From Dehalococcoidia bacterium (GTDB lineage: Bacteria > Chloroflexota > Dehalococcoidia > Lucifugimonadales > UBA3495), in contig CBDESR010000005.1 in assembly GCA_965242615.1 (NCBI GenBank), forward strand, positions 838,854 to 902,853: a DNA stretch of 64,000 bases, given 5' to 3'. This document shows, in pieces, positions 39,854 to 48,747 of this stretch; the stretch's first letter is position 1, and every line of letters begins with the position of its first letter. Under the pieces are notes generated by a model. It was not told the origin of the DNA. It ran no database searches and saw only the letters and a list, made by a program, of their open reading frames with translations. The translations under genes and the position numbers were made by a program.

Positions 39854-41458
39854 TCACTCCCCCAATGAAAACTCGACGGCCCAGAGCTGCCCTTGACCGG
39901 GGATGAACTGCCCGGTGCGGATGTGGGCAATGGGGTAATCAGGCAGGGGAACCGATACCAAGCACTGTTCATCGCTCGGCCCGGCAAAAGTACGCTCATA
40001 GCTGAAAAAATCCCGATTCTCAAAGCCGCGTTCCCGCCTTTCCGGCGGCAGGTCCGCCGGGTTGGCCGGAGTGATATGCAGAAAGAACTTGTCGGCGCTT
40101 TCCGGTTGGCAAGTCCCTTCCTGGACATAGTTAAGGGCGCGCGCCGCCGCGTCAAAATATACGGCATAATTGGAACGGGCCATTAACTGCCCGGGCTCGC
40201 GCAGCCGTTCTCGCAAGGTTTCCGTCCTTTGCCGCGGGTCTATTGCCAATACTTTCCCGTTTATGGCGGCGGCGTAAAGCAAGCCTTCTCTTTCCAGCAA
40301 CGCCGTAATCAGCCCGCCGCCCTGAAAAACCCGCTCCGGCGTAAAGGTGCCATAGTCAAACCGGTCAATCACCGCCCCCGCGCCGGGCAGCAGGTAACTC
40401 AGATACACCCCGTCCCGGTTGGCATAGACCGCCGTACTGCTTATCCCCGGAATTACCACCTCCGGCTCAATCACTCCCGCTTCCGGCGGCGCGACATTAG
40501 TTCCATAACGGGGATAACCGTAGAAACCGCCTTGTACCAGGGCATTCAACTCCTCCCGATGGGTCTTGGCCGGCGGCGCCATACCTTCCGGCAGGTTGGT
40601 GAAATTATCATCGTTATCGCCGCCGTAAATAGTCCCGTCCGGCGCTACAGCTATGCCGTAAGTGTTCCGCAGGCCGGAGGCGTAAATCTCCACTTCCCTA
40701 TCCGGGGGACGAAACCGGATAACAGTTCCCCACCAGTCAGTTCGCGCGCCGCTGCTATCCCTCTCGGCTAAATCCCGTAGAACTTCGGCATCCGGCGTCA
40801 TCTGGTTAGCCGGATGCCCAATGCTCGCATAGACATATTCCCCATCGTTAGCCAGCCCGTTGAGGCTGTGGTGCAAATCAAAAGCCGCCACCCGGTCGAT
40901 AACCACTTTACGGTCGGAAAGATTGCCGACCGAGTCCACCCGGTACGCCAGAACTTGCCCCCCGGTTCCTTGACCGAGCACTTCCAGCAAATCCGGCATT
41001 AAGGAGCTTCTCAAGAATATGCGGGGACAGCGCAGGCTGCGGAAATGGCGGGTTGCTTCCTGTAGCGATTTGCTGGATGCCCGCGCGGCCCGCAGCGCCG
41101 CGCACATCGGCTCCACATCCGACAGGTATAACCAGCCGTCAAGCAGCGTGATGCCCTTATATAACGCCGGGTCGGACCGGACGGTGCGAACTTGACCGTT
41201 CACCACATTCAGCAGCCGAATGTTGCCTTCTCCATCGGCCAGATACATCCGGTCGCTGTCCAGCCAAGTTGCGGCGTGCAGCGGCCCGCCGACGGTGAAC
41301 TCCCCGCAGTAACCGCTGGCGTCGCACGCTTGCGGCCGGGCGGACGCCCCGCCGCAACTGACCAGCAAAGCCAGCGACAGGACCAAGGCAAAAACCAGAA
41401 CTGTGGGGCGGCGGAACAACACGGCCGGCAGTTCAGAGACAACGGGCGGCAAGGGCAT
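39854..41458 (-). CDS. Beta-propeller lipoprotein, PQQ-dependent sugar dehydrogenase (GSDH/SGL)-like
   Basis: 534 aa. Signal plus lipobox LALLVSC. Sequence ...ASGLRNTYGIAVAPDGTIYGGDNDDN... The family call is tentative. Confidence 0.45.
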   Translation of the reverse strand: MPLPPVVSELPAVLFRRPTVLVFALVLSLALLVSCGGASARPQACDASGYCGEFTVGGPLHAATWLDSDRMYLADGEGNIRLLNVVNGQVRTVRSDPALYKGITLLDGWLYLSDVEPMCAALRAARASSKSLQEATRHFRSLRCPRIFLRSSLMPDLLEVLGQGTGGQVLAYRVDSVGNLSDRKVVIDRVAAFDLHHSLNGLANDGEYVYASIGHPANQMTPDAEVLRDLAERDSSGARTDWWGTVIRFRPPDREVEIYASGLRNTYGIAVAPDGTIYGGDNDDNFTNLPEGMAPPAKTHREELNALVQGGFYGYPRYGTNVAPPEAGVIEPEVVIPGISSTAVYANRDGVYLSYLLPGAGAVIDRFDYGTFTPERVFQGGGLITALLEREGLLYAAAINGKVLAIDPRQRTETLRERLREPGQLMARSNYAVYFDAAARALNYVQEGTCQPESADKFFLHITPANPADLPPERRERGFENRDFFSYERTFAGPSDEQCLVSVPLPDYPIAHIRTGQFIPGQGQLWAVEFSLGE

Positions 41459-41606
41459 CTTTCACCATAACGCCGGAGGTTGAAAACCGGGGAATTATAG
41501 CATACCGACTTGCCCGGCTCTAGCCTTAACCGCGCGGATACCTTATAATTGGGGTATCCTTGACGGGACAGCTCAACCAGTGAATCGGCGATAAGGAAAG
41601 AACATA

Positions 41607-42416
41607 ATGGACTTGACCTTTGACCGTGGCGACGCGCAGCGACCCCGGGGCCATGCCCTGGTCTATTTCCGGGTGGATACCGAGGATCAGCTTTACGCCG
41701 CTTACATAGTGGCCCTGCCGGTAAAGTCCGACTTCGGCAAGTATGTGCCGCCCTTCCTTGCTGGACACCTCGGCAACGCACCCATCGACCTGTCCAAAAT
41801 CGCCCTGCCCCCGGTGCCGGAGCCGGTCAGCGGCTACCCGGAACTCGAGCGGCTCAGCCAACTGCGCGACGACGACCTGGTATTCGCCGCCAGTATGTTC
41901 TCCTTCGACCTGATGCGGATGATGGAAGCCATCACCGAAGCCGTCGAGTCCTATGCTCAACTCTATTCCGATTACATCGACCGCTTGGGGCTGCCCGGCG
42001 GCCCGCCGGTGGCCGCCGGGAACCTTCCGGGAGAGACTGGCGGCGGCCATCCCGTCCTTGACGATGACGCCGAAAACGACCCTTCCTATTCGGTCAACGA
42101 AGTGCTGCTCAGCCTGATGAGCGAGCGGGACAAGCTGACCGAACTGTCCCGACTGTTAGGCAAACTCCAGTTCGCCCAAGAAGGCCGGGACGAAACTATG
42201 GCCGGAGAAGCCGCCGAGGAAATCAACGCCTTGGCCCGCCACCTGCCCCCGGAATTCCAGGTCCTGAACCTCTTGGCCGCCGCCCGGGAGTCCACCGCCC
42301 AAGGCTCCCGCCTGGCCCAACTGTACCTCGACCGCTGCTTCCGCCTCTCCGATGGCGACGGCGACCGGGCCCGGGAACTGGACGCGGCCATCGCGGAACT
42401 GCGGGACGAAGGGTAA
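41607..42416 (+). CDS. Hypothetical protein (269 aa)
   Basis: ATG start, non-repetitive, acidic C-terminal helical region. No motif recognised. Confidence 0.55.
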   Translation: MDLTFDRGDAQRPRGHALVYFRVDTEDQLYAAYIVALPVKSDFGKYVPPFLAGHLGNAPIDLSKIALPPVPEPVSGYPELERLSQLRDDDLVFAASMFSFDLMRMMEAITEAVESYAQLYSDYIDRLGLPGGPPVAAGNLPGETGGGHPVLDDDAENDPSYSVNEVLLSLMSERDKLTELSRLLGKLQFAQEGRDETMAGEAAEEINALARHLPPEFQVLNLLAAARESTAQGSRLAQLYLDRCFRLSDGDGDRARELDAAIAELRDEG

Positions 42417-42443
42417 TCGCCCGAACCCCAAGGGAGAAAGTCG

Positions 42444-43700
42444 ATGCCTAACCCCCCTCTCCCCATCAACCCCGCCCGCCTCAACCGCAACCTGGCCGCC
42501 TTGGGCCGCATCGGGGAAGTTGCCGGCGGCGGAATGATGCGGGTAGCCTTTTCAGACGCCGATATTGCCGGCCGGGAGTTTGTCGGCGGGCTAATGCAAA
42601 ACGCCGGCCTAACCGTGCGAACCGACGCCGCCGGAAATGTTATCGGGCGCAAAGAAGGGTCGGAGCCGGGGCTGCCGGCGATTGCTTTGGGGTCGCATAC
42701 GGATACGGTGCCTAACGGGGGGAAGTATGACGGGGCGTTGGGGGTAGTGGCGGCGGTGGAGGTGGCGCAAACGCTGGCGGAAAGGGGACAGCAGCTGCGG
42801 CATCCGCTGGAAGTCATCATTTTCACCAACGAGGAAGGGACGGGGTTTCACCGCTGGCTGCTGGGGAGTCGGGCGATGGCGGGGCTGCTGGAGGCGGCGG
42901 ATTATACTGCCGTTGATGATGCCGGGGTGTCGCTGGGGGAACGGCTGGCGGCGGTCGGCGGGGATTTGTCCCGCATTGACACGGCGCGGCGGCATAGCGG
43001 GGAAGTGGCGGCCTATTTTGAGCTGCATATTGAGCAAGGGCCGAATTTGGAGCGGAGCGGAGTTCCCATCGGGGTAGTTAGCGGCATTACCGGGCGGGCG
43101 GTGTTTGCGGTGTCGGTAGTCGGCAAGGCGAATCACGCCGGGACGACGCCGATGGGGGAGCGGCAAGACGCTTTGGCGGCGGCGGCGCAGTTGACGCTGG
43201 CAGTGCAGGGAGTGGCGGCGCGGGAGGAAATTTGCCGGGTGGCGACGGTGGGACGGCTGGAAGTCAGCCCCAACGCGGTCAATGTAGTACCCGGCGCGGT
43301 CACTATGGGCGTGGAGTTTCGGGATTTGTACCCCAACGGGTTGACGGCGGCGGAGACGGTTTTGCGGCGGCGGGCGATGGAGATTGCGGCCGCCGCCGGG
43401 GTGGAGATAACGGTGGAGCTGTTGGAAAGTACGCCGCCGGTGTTGCTGCCGGCGGGGATGCAGGAACTGGTCGCCACGGCCGCCGAGCAGTGCGGGTTGG
43501 CGCACATTACCTTGCCGAGCGGGGCCGGGCATGACGCGCAGGCCATGGCGGCCATTGCGCCGGCCGGGATGGTTTTTGTGCCGAGCGTTGACGGGGTGAG
43601 CCATGCGCCGGAGGAATATACTTGCCCGGAGGATTGCGGCAATGGGGGGCAGACGCTGTTGAATTTGCTACTGCTGGCGGATGGGCGGCTGGGAAGTTAA
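42444..43700 (+). CDS. M20-family amidohydrolase (allantoate amidohydrolase / N-carbamoyl-L-amino-acid hydrolase type)
   Basis: 418 aa. Sequence ...AIALGSHTDTVPNGGKYDGALGVVAAVEV...FTNEEG...GKANHAGTTPM...LPSGAGHDAQ. Confidence 0.8.
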   Translation: MPNPPLPINPARLNRNLAALGRIGEVAGGGMMRVAFSDADIAGREFVGGLMQNAGLTVRTDAAGNVIGRKEGSEPGLPAIALGSHTDTVPNGGKYDGALGVVAAVEVAQTLAERGQQLRHPLEVIIFTNEEGTGFHRWLLGSRAMAGLLEAADYTAVDDAGVSLGERLAAVGGDLSRIDTARRHSGEVAAYFELHIEQGPNLERSGVPIGVVSGITGRAVFAVSVVGKANHAGTTPMGERQDALAAAAQLTLAVQGVAAREEICRVATVGRLEVSPNAVNVVPGAVTMGVEFRDLYPNGLTAAETVLRRRAMEIAAAAGVEITVELLESTPPVLLPAGMQELVATAAEQCGLAHITLPSGAGHDAQAMAAIAPAGMVFVPSVDGVSHAPEEYTCPEDCGNGGQTLLNLLLLADGRLGS

Positions 43701-43775
43701 GCGATTTGGGGCAATGGTCGGGGGCAAGACGCCGGATTTTGGGTTATACTGGCGGGAAAAGGGGGCTGCGGATTT

Positions 43776-44225
43776 ATGGAATTGTCAGCCAGTTATTTGT
43801 TTGAGGCGCCGGCGGCCCAAGTTTGGGCGGTTTTGATGGATCCGGCGGCGCTGCAACGCTCTATGCCCGGCTGCGAAAGCCTGGAACCGATTGGCAACGG
43901 CGAATATCAGGCCGTAGTGAACCTCGGCATCGGGCTAATCCGCGGCCGCTACAACGCCAAAATCGCCATCAAAGACCCCCAGCCGCCGCAATCCTATCGC
44001 CTCGCCATTGACGGCAGCGGCCCCCTCGGCTTCGCCAACGGCGAATCCCTCGTAACCCTCACCGAAACCGCCGGCAAAACCACCGTCCAAGTCTCCAGCC
44101 AGGGACAAGCCGGCGGCACCGCCGCCCGCGTCGGCCAGCGAATGCTGGAAAGCGTCGCCCGGGGAATGTTGAACCAGTTCTTTACCGCCTTGCAAAACGA
44201 AGTCCATCGCCCCCTTGACCCTTAA
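43776..44225 (+). CDS. SRPBCC/CoxG-family protein
   Basis: 149 aa. Sequence MELSASYLFEAPAAQVWAVLMDPAALQRSMPGCESLEPIGNGEYQAVVNLGIGLIRGRYNAKI... matches the CoxG pattern. Confidence 0.75.
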   Translation: MELSASYLFEAPAAQVWAVLMDPAALQRSMPGCESLEPIGNGEYQAVVNLGIGLIRGRYNAKIAIKDPQPPQSYRLAIDGSGPLGFANGESLVTLTETAGKTTVQVSSQGQAGGTAARVGQRMLESVARGMLNQFFTALQNEVHRPLDP

Positions 44226-44262
44226 ATCCACCGCCCAACCCCATTCCTCAGGAGGACGCCTT

Positions 44263-44592
44263 ATGCCCACTACCCCGACCGCCGCCGCCGGCTATGTAGT
44301 CCTGACCGGCATCGTCGCAGCGGAGGATGGCGGTTTCAACGCCTATTGCCCGGAGTTGGGCGTAGCTACCTGCGGAGATACGGTAGAGGAAGTTTTGGAC
44401 GGACTGGCCGACGCCATCCGGGTTTATCTGGATGCCTGGGATGACCCCGACGACCTCGCGCGAATGCTCCGGGGAAACGGGGTTTCCGTCAAAACCACGC
44501 CCCCGCCGGCCGATTCCGTCAAAGTATCCATCCCCCCGGGAAGGACCGTCCGGGTTTATATCCAGTCAGTTCCCGCCGCCATAAAGGTCTAA
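44263..44592 (+). CDS. hicB: HicB-family antitoxin-like protein
   Basis: ATG 44263 after GGAGGA. Sequence ...YVVLTGIVAAEDGGFNAYCPELGVATCGDTVEEVLDGLADAIRVYLD. Confidence 0.65.
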   Translation: MPTTPTAAAGYVVLTGIVAAEDGGFNAYCPELGVATCGDTVEEVLDGLADAIRVYLDAWDDPDDLARMLRGNGVSVKTTPPPADSVKVSIPPGRTVRVYIQSVPAAIKV

Positions 44593-44597
44593 ACCGG

Positions 44598-44837
44598 ATG
44601 CGTCCCTGCTCCAGCCGCCAACTAACGGCTGCTCTGGAAAGGTTGGGCTGCTACTACACAAAATCCGGCAGCAGCAGCCACCGGACTTATCGCCGCCAGC
44701 TGCCGGATGGAACTATCCTGCGCGCGCCGATTGTTTTGGGGAAACGCGAGGTCAAGCGCGGTATCCTGCGCAGCATCCTGCGCCTGTTGCAAATTCCCGA
44801 GGCCGACTTCGACGCGCCTTGCGCTGAATCGCTCTAA
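44598..44837 (+). CDS. hicA: HicA-family toxin (mRNA interferase)
   Basis: 79 aa. Sequence ...SSRQLTAALERLGCYYTKSGSSSHRTYRRQLPDGTILRAPIVLGKREVKRGILRSILRLLQI. Confidence 0.7.
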   Translation: MRPCSSRQLTAALERLGCYYTKSGSSSHRTYRRQLPDGTILRAPIVLGKREVKRGILRSILRLLQIPEADFDAPCAESL

Positions 44838-44953
44838 ACCGGACGCCGCCAACGCCGCTCACACCCAAAAGCCGGGAACTTTGTTGAAAGTCCCCGGCCC
44901 TCTTTACTGCATTGGCACCATCTCCGGCAGCAAAATGCCGGCACTCGGGCCAC

Positions 44954-45316
44954 CTAACTTCCGCAGCCGCCCCCACTGCCGCAACCGCAACCGCCGCCGC
45001 AGCCGCCGCCACCGCAACCGCCGCCGCTGGCGAACATCGGGTTGTTAATGACAAACCCCACCTGCCCGCCGAACTCCTCGACATAGTCGATGGTAGCCGC
45101 CTCCAGGAAAGGCGCGCTGTCCGAATCCATCAGAAAACTCAACCCGTCCCGGCTCAGCACGGTGTCGTCGGTCTGGGTCTCCTTCTCCATCGTGAGCATA
45201 TACTGGAGGCCCGCCCCGGAGGGCATCGCAATGACCCGCAGGGAATTGGTCGTGCCGTCCTCCTCCTGCTCAATGACCTCCTTGAGCTTTTCAATAGCCA
45301 GCGGGGTAACTTCCAT
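44954..45316 (-). CDS. HesB/IscA-family Fe-S assembly protein with expanded Gly/Cys C-terminal tail
   Basis: 120 aa. Sequence MEVTPLAIEKLKEVIEQE...LRVIAMPSGAGLQYMLTMEKE...GFVINNP has an IscA-like fold, ending GGGCGGGGCGGGCGCGSGGGCGS. Confidence 0.7.
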   Translation of the reverse strand: MEVTPLAIEKLKEVIEQEEDGTTNSLRVIAMPSGAGLQYMLTMEKETQTDDTVLSRDGLSFLMDSDSAPFLEAATIDYVEEFGGQVGFVINNPMFASGGGCGGGGCGGGCGCGSGGGCGS

Positions 45317-45519
45317 AAGGCAACACTCCCTCTTAATTTGTAACGGAATCGGCCCGCGATTTGCAGCGGCGCCGGCCCGCTGAACTTCCTGCCGCTCACT
45401 AACTTACCACACCCCCCGGCAATAGTCAAATCGCCCCGGCGACTCGGCACTGCTACCCGGGACGCCGGCAAAACCGCCATCCCGGTGTCGGCGGGAACTT
45501 GTCCCCCAATTTTCCAGCC

Positions 45520-45553
45520 CAAAAGCCGGGACAGGATTAGCCCCGTCCCGGCT
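45520..45553 (-). terminator. Rho-independent terminator of 45581..45766
   Basis: agccgggac-aggattagcccc-gtcccggct, with TTTT following on the minus strand. Confidence 0.55.
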
Positions 45554-45580
45554 CCCTTTGCGGAAAAACCGCAACCGTCC

Positions 45581-45766
45581 CTAACCCGGATTATGCTTCT
45601 CCACCAACGGCCCCACCCGGGTATCCACCTCACCGAGCGGCTGACCGGCATCCATCCGGGCCACCGCCAAATGCGCGTCCCGCTGAATTTCCTCCCAATC
45701 CGGCTCCAGCTCGTACTCGTCCCGCAACTCGTCGAACAGGTTCTCCAAAGACTGTCGGTCAAACAT
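45581..45766 (-). CDS. Small acidic hypothetical protein (61 aa)
   Basis: ATG start with a terminator downstream. Sequence MFDRQSLENLFDELRDEYELEPDWEEIQRDAHLAVARMDAGQPLGEV... Confidence 0.45.
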   Translation of the reverse strand: MFDRQSLENLFDELRDEYELEPDWEEIQRDAHLAVARMDAGQPLGEVDTRVGPLVEKHNPG

Positions 45767-45975
45767 AACGCCTTCTCTTGATACCTCCTCCCATTGTATC
45801 GCGCTACTGCGTCGCCATTAGTTTAACCCATTCTCACCCCTCTGGCAAGTGCCTCCACAAATTGGTTCCATTCCGTTGTGGATGAAAATAGGAAGTGTGC
45901 GCCGGTTGACAGCCCCCCAACGCCGCTTTATTATTGGGCTTGCCAATTCTGCACAACGGGAGAAAACACCCTGCA

Positions 45976-46416
45976 ATGGATGATTTAGACCGAAAATTGA
46001 TTGCCCTGCTGCAAGCCGACGGCCGGGCCTCCAACGCCAAAATCGCCCGGGATGCCGGGGTCAGCGAAGGCACCGTGCGCCGCCGCCTGAAAAAACTCCT
46101 CGACGACGATGTAGTCCAGGTGGTCGCCGTCCCCAACCTGGAAAAACTCGGCTACGCCACCACCGCCCTCATCGGCATCGAAACCAGCCCCGGCACCTCC
46201 AACTCCGTAGCCGAATCCCTCATCGACCTGCCCGAAGTCCACTATGTCGCCGTCACCACCGGCCCCTACGATGTGTTCGTCTGGGCCGGCCTGGAATCCA
46301 CCGAAAGTCTGGGTCAGTTCCTCAGCGGCAAAATCGGCCACATCCCCGGAGTGCAGCGGCACGAAACGTTCGTCAACTTGTCCATCAAAAAGCGCACCTA
46401 CGGCTTGGTGCTGTAG
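45976..46416 (+). CDS. Lrp/AsnC-family transcriptional regulator
   Basis: ATG 45976. Sequence MDDLDRKLIALLQADGRASNAKIARDAGVSEGTVRRRLKKLLDDDVVQVVAV... followed by a RAM-like domain. Confidence 0.85.
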   Translation: MDDLDRKLIALLQADGRASNAKIARDAGVSEGTVRRRLKKLLDDDVVQVVAVPNLEKLGYATTALIGIETSPGTSNSVAESLIDLPEVHYVAVTTGPYDVFVWAGLESTESLGQFLSGKIGHIPGVQRHETFVNLSIKKRTYGLVL

Positions 46417-46593
46417 CCGCCGCGGCCGCATCCCCGATTTTCGCCAAGGCCCGTTGCCCGGCCAATGTTGCAAACCGCCCGGTCTGTGCTATAATTTACC
46501 CGGCTTTTCCGGTTGTCCCCCTTGCCTTGCCGGAAAGCCGGGCCCGCCGGCGGGCCGCAACCTTCACTCCAGCCCATCAGAGGAGCAGTGAGC

Positions 46594-46863
46594 ATGACCT
46601 ACATCATTACCGAACCCTGCGTCGGCGTCAAAGACGCCGCCTGCGTCGATGTTTGCCCGGTGGACTGCATCTACACCACCGACGCCGACGATATGTACTA
46701 CATCAGCCCCGATGAGTGCATCGACTGCGCCGCCTGCGAACCGGTCTGCCCGGTAACCGCCATCTTTGCCGAGGACGCCGTCCCCGGCGAATGGGAGACC
46801 TACATCGCCAAAAACTACGACTACTTCAAGAACGCCAACCCGGACGACCTGAAACGGAAGTAG
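46594..46863 (+). CDS. Ferredoxin (FdxA-type, 4Fe-4S/3Fe-4S)
   Basis: ATG 46594 after AGGAG. Sequence MTYIITEPCVGVKDAACVDVCPVDCIY...CIDCAACEPVCPVTAIF. Confidence 0.85.
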   Translation: MTYIITEPCVGVKDAACVDVCPVDCIYTTDADDMYYISPDECIDCAACEPVCPVTAIFAEDAVPGEWETYIAKNYDYFKNANPDDLKRK

Positions 46864-46903
46864 CCCAGCCCGCCCCTGGTCAGCCCTTTGCCCCATAAGC
46901 AAA

Positions 46904-46938
46904 CCCCCGTCCCATTTTCCGGGACGGGGGTTTTGTTG
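46904..46938 (+). terminator. Rho-independent terminator of the ferredoxin gene
   Basis: cccccgtccc-attttcc-gggacggggg followed by ttttgttg. Confidence 0.8.
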
Positions 46939-47204
46939 TTGCCCCTCACCCGTTTCGCCAAGATAGCGTTGTATTTTAGGTGGTTTAGCCGGCGATTTGG
47001 CTCGTACTCTTACTGCAAAACCCGAATTTGCCAATCAAACCACCTAAATCGGAATGCTACCCACCCCCATTCCATTGCCAGAGGGGGCGCAAAACCGCAT
47101 AATGGGGGCAGGTTTTGGGTTCCGGCGTAATCCGGGGCGGGAATGGCTTGGCGGCCCGGAGCCGCTGGCAGTTGGCGAATCGACCCGGGAAAAGGGAGAG
47201 CGTT

Positions 47205-48140
47205 ATGAAAGTGGGATTTATCGGTTTGGGGACGATGGGCGGGAGTATGGCTTACAACTGCCTGCGGGGAGGCAACGAGATGATTGTCCACGACCTGCGG
47301 CGGGAGGCGGCGACGCCGCATCTGGAAGCCGGGGCGACCTGGGCGGATACGCCGCGGGAAGTGGCGGCGGCGGCCGAAGTGGTCTTTACTTCCCTGCCTG
47401 GCCCGGTGGAAGTGGAGGCGGTGGCTTTGGGCGATGATGGGCTGCTGGAGGGTTTGAGCGCGGGGAAGGTCTATTTTGACCTGAGCACCAACTCGCCGAC
47501 GGTCATCCGCCGCATTTATGAAATCTATGCGGCGCAGGGTATCGCGATGCTGGATGCGCCGGTCAGCGGCGGGCCGCGGGGGGCGCGCAGCGGCAACCTG
47601 GCGATCTGGGTCGGCGGCGACCGGGAGGTGTTCGACCGGTACAAGCCGGTGCTGGATGCTATCGGCGACAAAGCCTATTATGTGGGGGCCATTGGCTGCG
47701 GGGCCGTCGCCAAGCTGGTGCATAACTGCTCCGGGTACATTATCCAGTGCGCTTTGGCGGAAACCTTTACGATGGGAGTTAAGGCGGGGGTGGAGCCGCT
47801 GGCCTTGTGGCAGGCGGTGCGCCGCGGCGCGCAGGGCCGGCGGGGGACTTTCGAGGGATTGGCGGAACATTTGCTGCCGGGCAACTTTGACCCGCCGGAT
47901 TTTGCGCTGCAACTGGCGCGGAAGGATGTGGATTTGGCGGTGGGCGTAGGCCGGGAGTTTAATGTGCCGATGCGGTTGGCTAATCTGGCGCTGGCCGAGT
48001 TGACCGAGGCGATTAACCGGGGCTGGGGACAGCGGGATTCCCGGGTGGCGATGCTGCTGCAAGAGGAACGAGCCGGGGTCGAGGTGCGGGTGGCGGAGGA
48101 GGTTTTGCGGCGGGTACTGGAGGAGGAGCGGGGGGAGTAG
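47205..48140 (+). CDS. NAD(P)-dependent 3-hydroxyisobutyrate dehydrogenase-family oxidoreductase
   Basis: ATG 47205 after GGGAGAG. Sequence MKVGFIGLGTMGGSMAYN..., ...MLDAPVSGG..., ...GAVAKLVHN... Confidence 0.8.
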   Translation: MKVGFIGLGTMGGSMAYNCLRGGNEMIVHDLRREAATPHLEAGATWADTPREVAAAAEVVFTSLPGPVEVEAVALGDDGLLEGLSAGKVYFDLSTNSPTVIRRIYEIYAAQGIAMLDAPVSGGPRGARSGNLAIWVGGDREVFDRYKPVLDAIGDKAYYVGAIGCGAVAKLVHNCSGYIIQCALAETFTMGVKAGVEPLALWQAVRRGAQGRRGTFEGLAEHLLPGNFDPPDFALQLARKDVDLAVGVGREFNVPMRLANLALAELTEAINRGWGQRDSRVAMLLQEERAGVEVRVAEEVLRRVLEEERGE

Positions 48141-48170
48141 GGGCGGTTGATGGGGATGGGGGGATATAGC

Positions 48171-48249
48171 GGTTCCGTTCTGTTGCGGATGAAATGAACT
48201 TTTCGGCAATATCGTAAAGTTGAAAATCATCCATAAGAAAACGGCATCC
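48171..48249. mobile_element. MITE-like palindromic element
   Basis: ggttccgttctgttgcggatgaaatgaacttttcggcaatatcgtaaagttgaaaatcatccataagaaaacggcatcc. Confidence 0.8.
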
Positions 48250-48324
48250 CTTGACCCAACCCTTTCCGTCCATTAGTATAAGGGGCAACAATCAGCCAAG
48301 GCAAAATCAGCCGGAGGGTAGTAT

Positions 48325-48747
48325 ATGGCCGCTGAAACGCTGAAACCCTTTAACTACGCCGATATTGAAATCGGCGAGGAACTGGGTTCCTACGAGTATG
48401 TCCTGACCCAGGAGATGCTGGACAACTTCCGGGCGTCGGTAGATGACCCGGACGCTCCCTTTCCGACCCTGGCGGTCAAGCACGACGCTACCGCCTTTGC
48501 GATGGTCTATGATGACCAGACCGGCGGCGTGAACGCCGGCAACGAAGTGGAGTTTTTCAACCCGCCCCTTCCCGGCAAGAAAATCCGGGTCACCGGGCGG
48601 ATCCACGACAAGTACCTGCGGCGGGACAAGCCCTATATGGTCATCGAAGCCACCGCCGAGGACGAGGACGGCCGCCTGCTGGAAAAGCTGCGGACTTACC
48701 AGATGAAAAAACCTGACGAGGTGGGAAAGAAATGGCATCCCAAGTAA
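48325..48747 (+). CDS. MaoC-N/hotdog-fold protein
   Basis: 140 aa. Overlaps the next hotdog gene by 16 nt, a pairing typical of two-subunit (R)-hydratase-like enzymes. Confidence 0.6.
   Translation: MAAETLKPFNYADIEIGEELGSYEYVLTQEMLDNFRASVDDPDAPFPTLAVKHDATAFAMVYDDQTGGVNAGNEVEFFNPPLPGKKIRVTGRIHDKYLRRDKPYMVIEATAEDEDGRLLEKLRTYQMKKPDEVGKKWHPK

Noticed and set aside
39755-48249. The two inverted MITE-like copies as ends of an 8.5-kb composite transposon.
   Set aside because: The enclosed genes are ordinary metabolic and regulatory genes (M20 hydrolase, coxG, IscA-like, Lrp, ferredoxin, dehydrogenase). There is no transposase and no compositional discontinuity at the ends. The flanking is more likely coincidental placement of a dispersed repeat.
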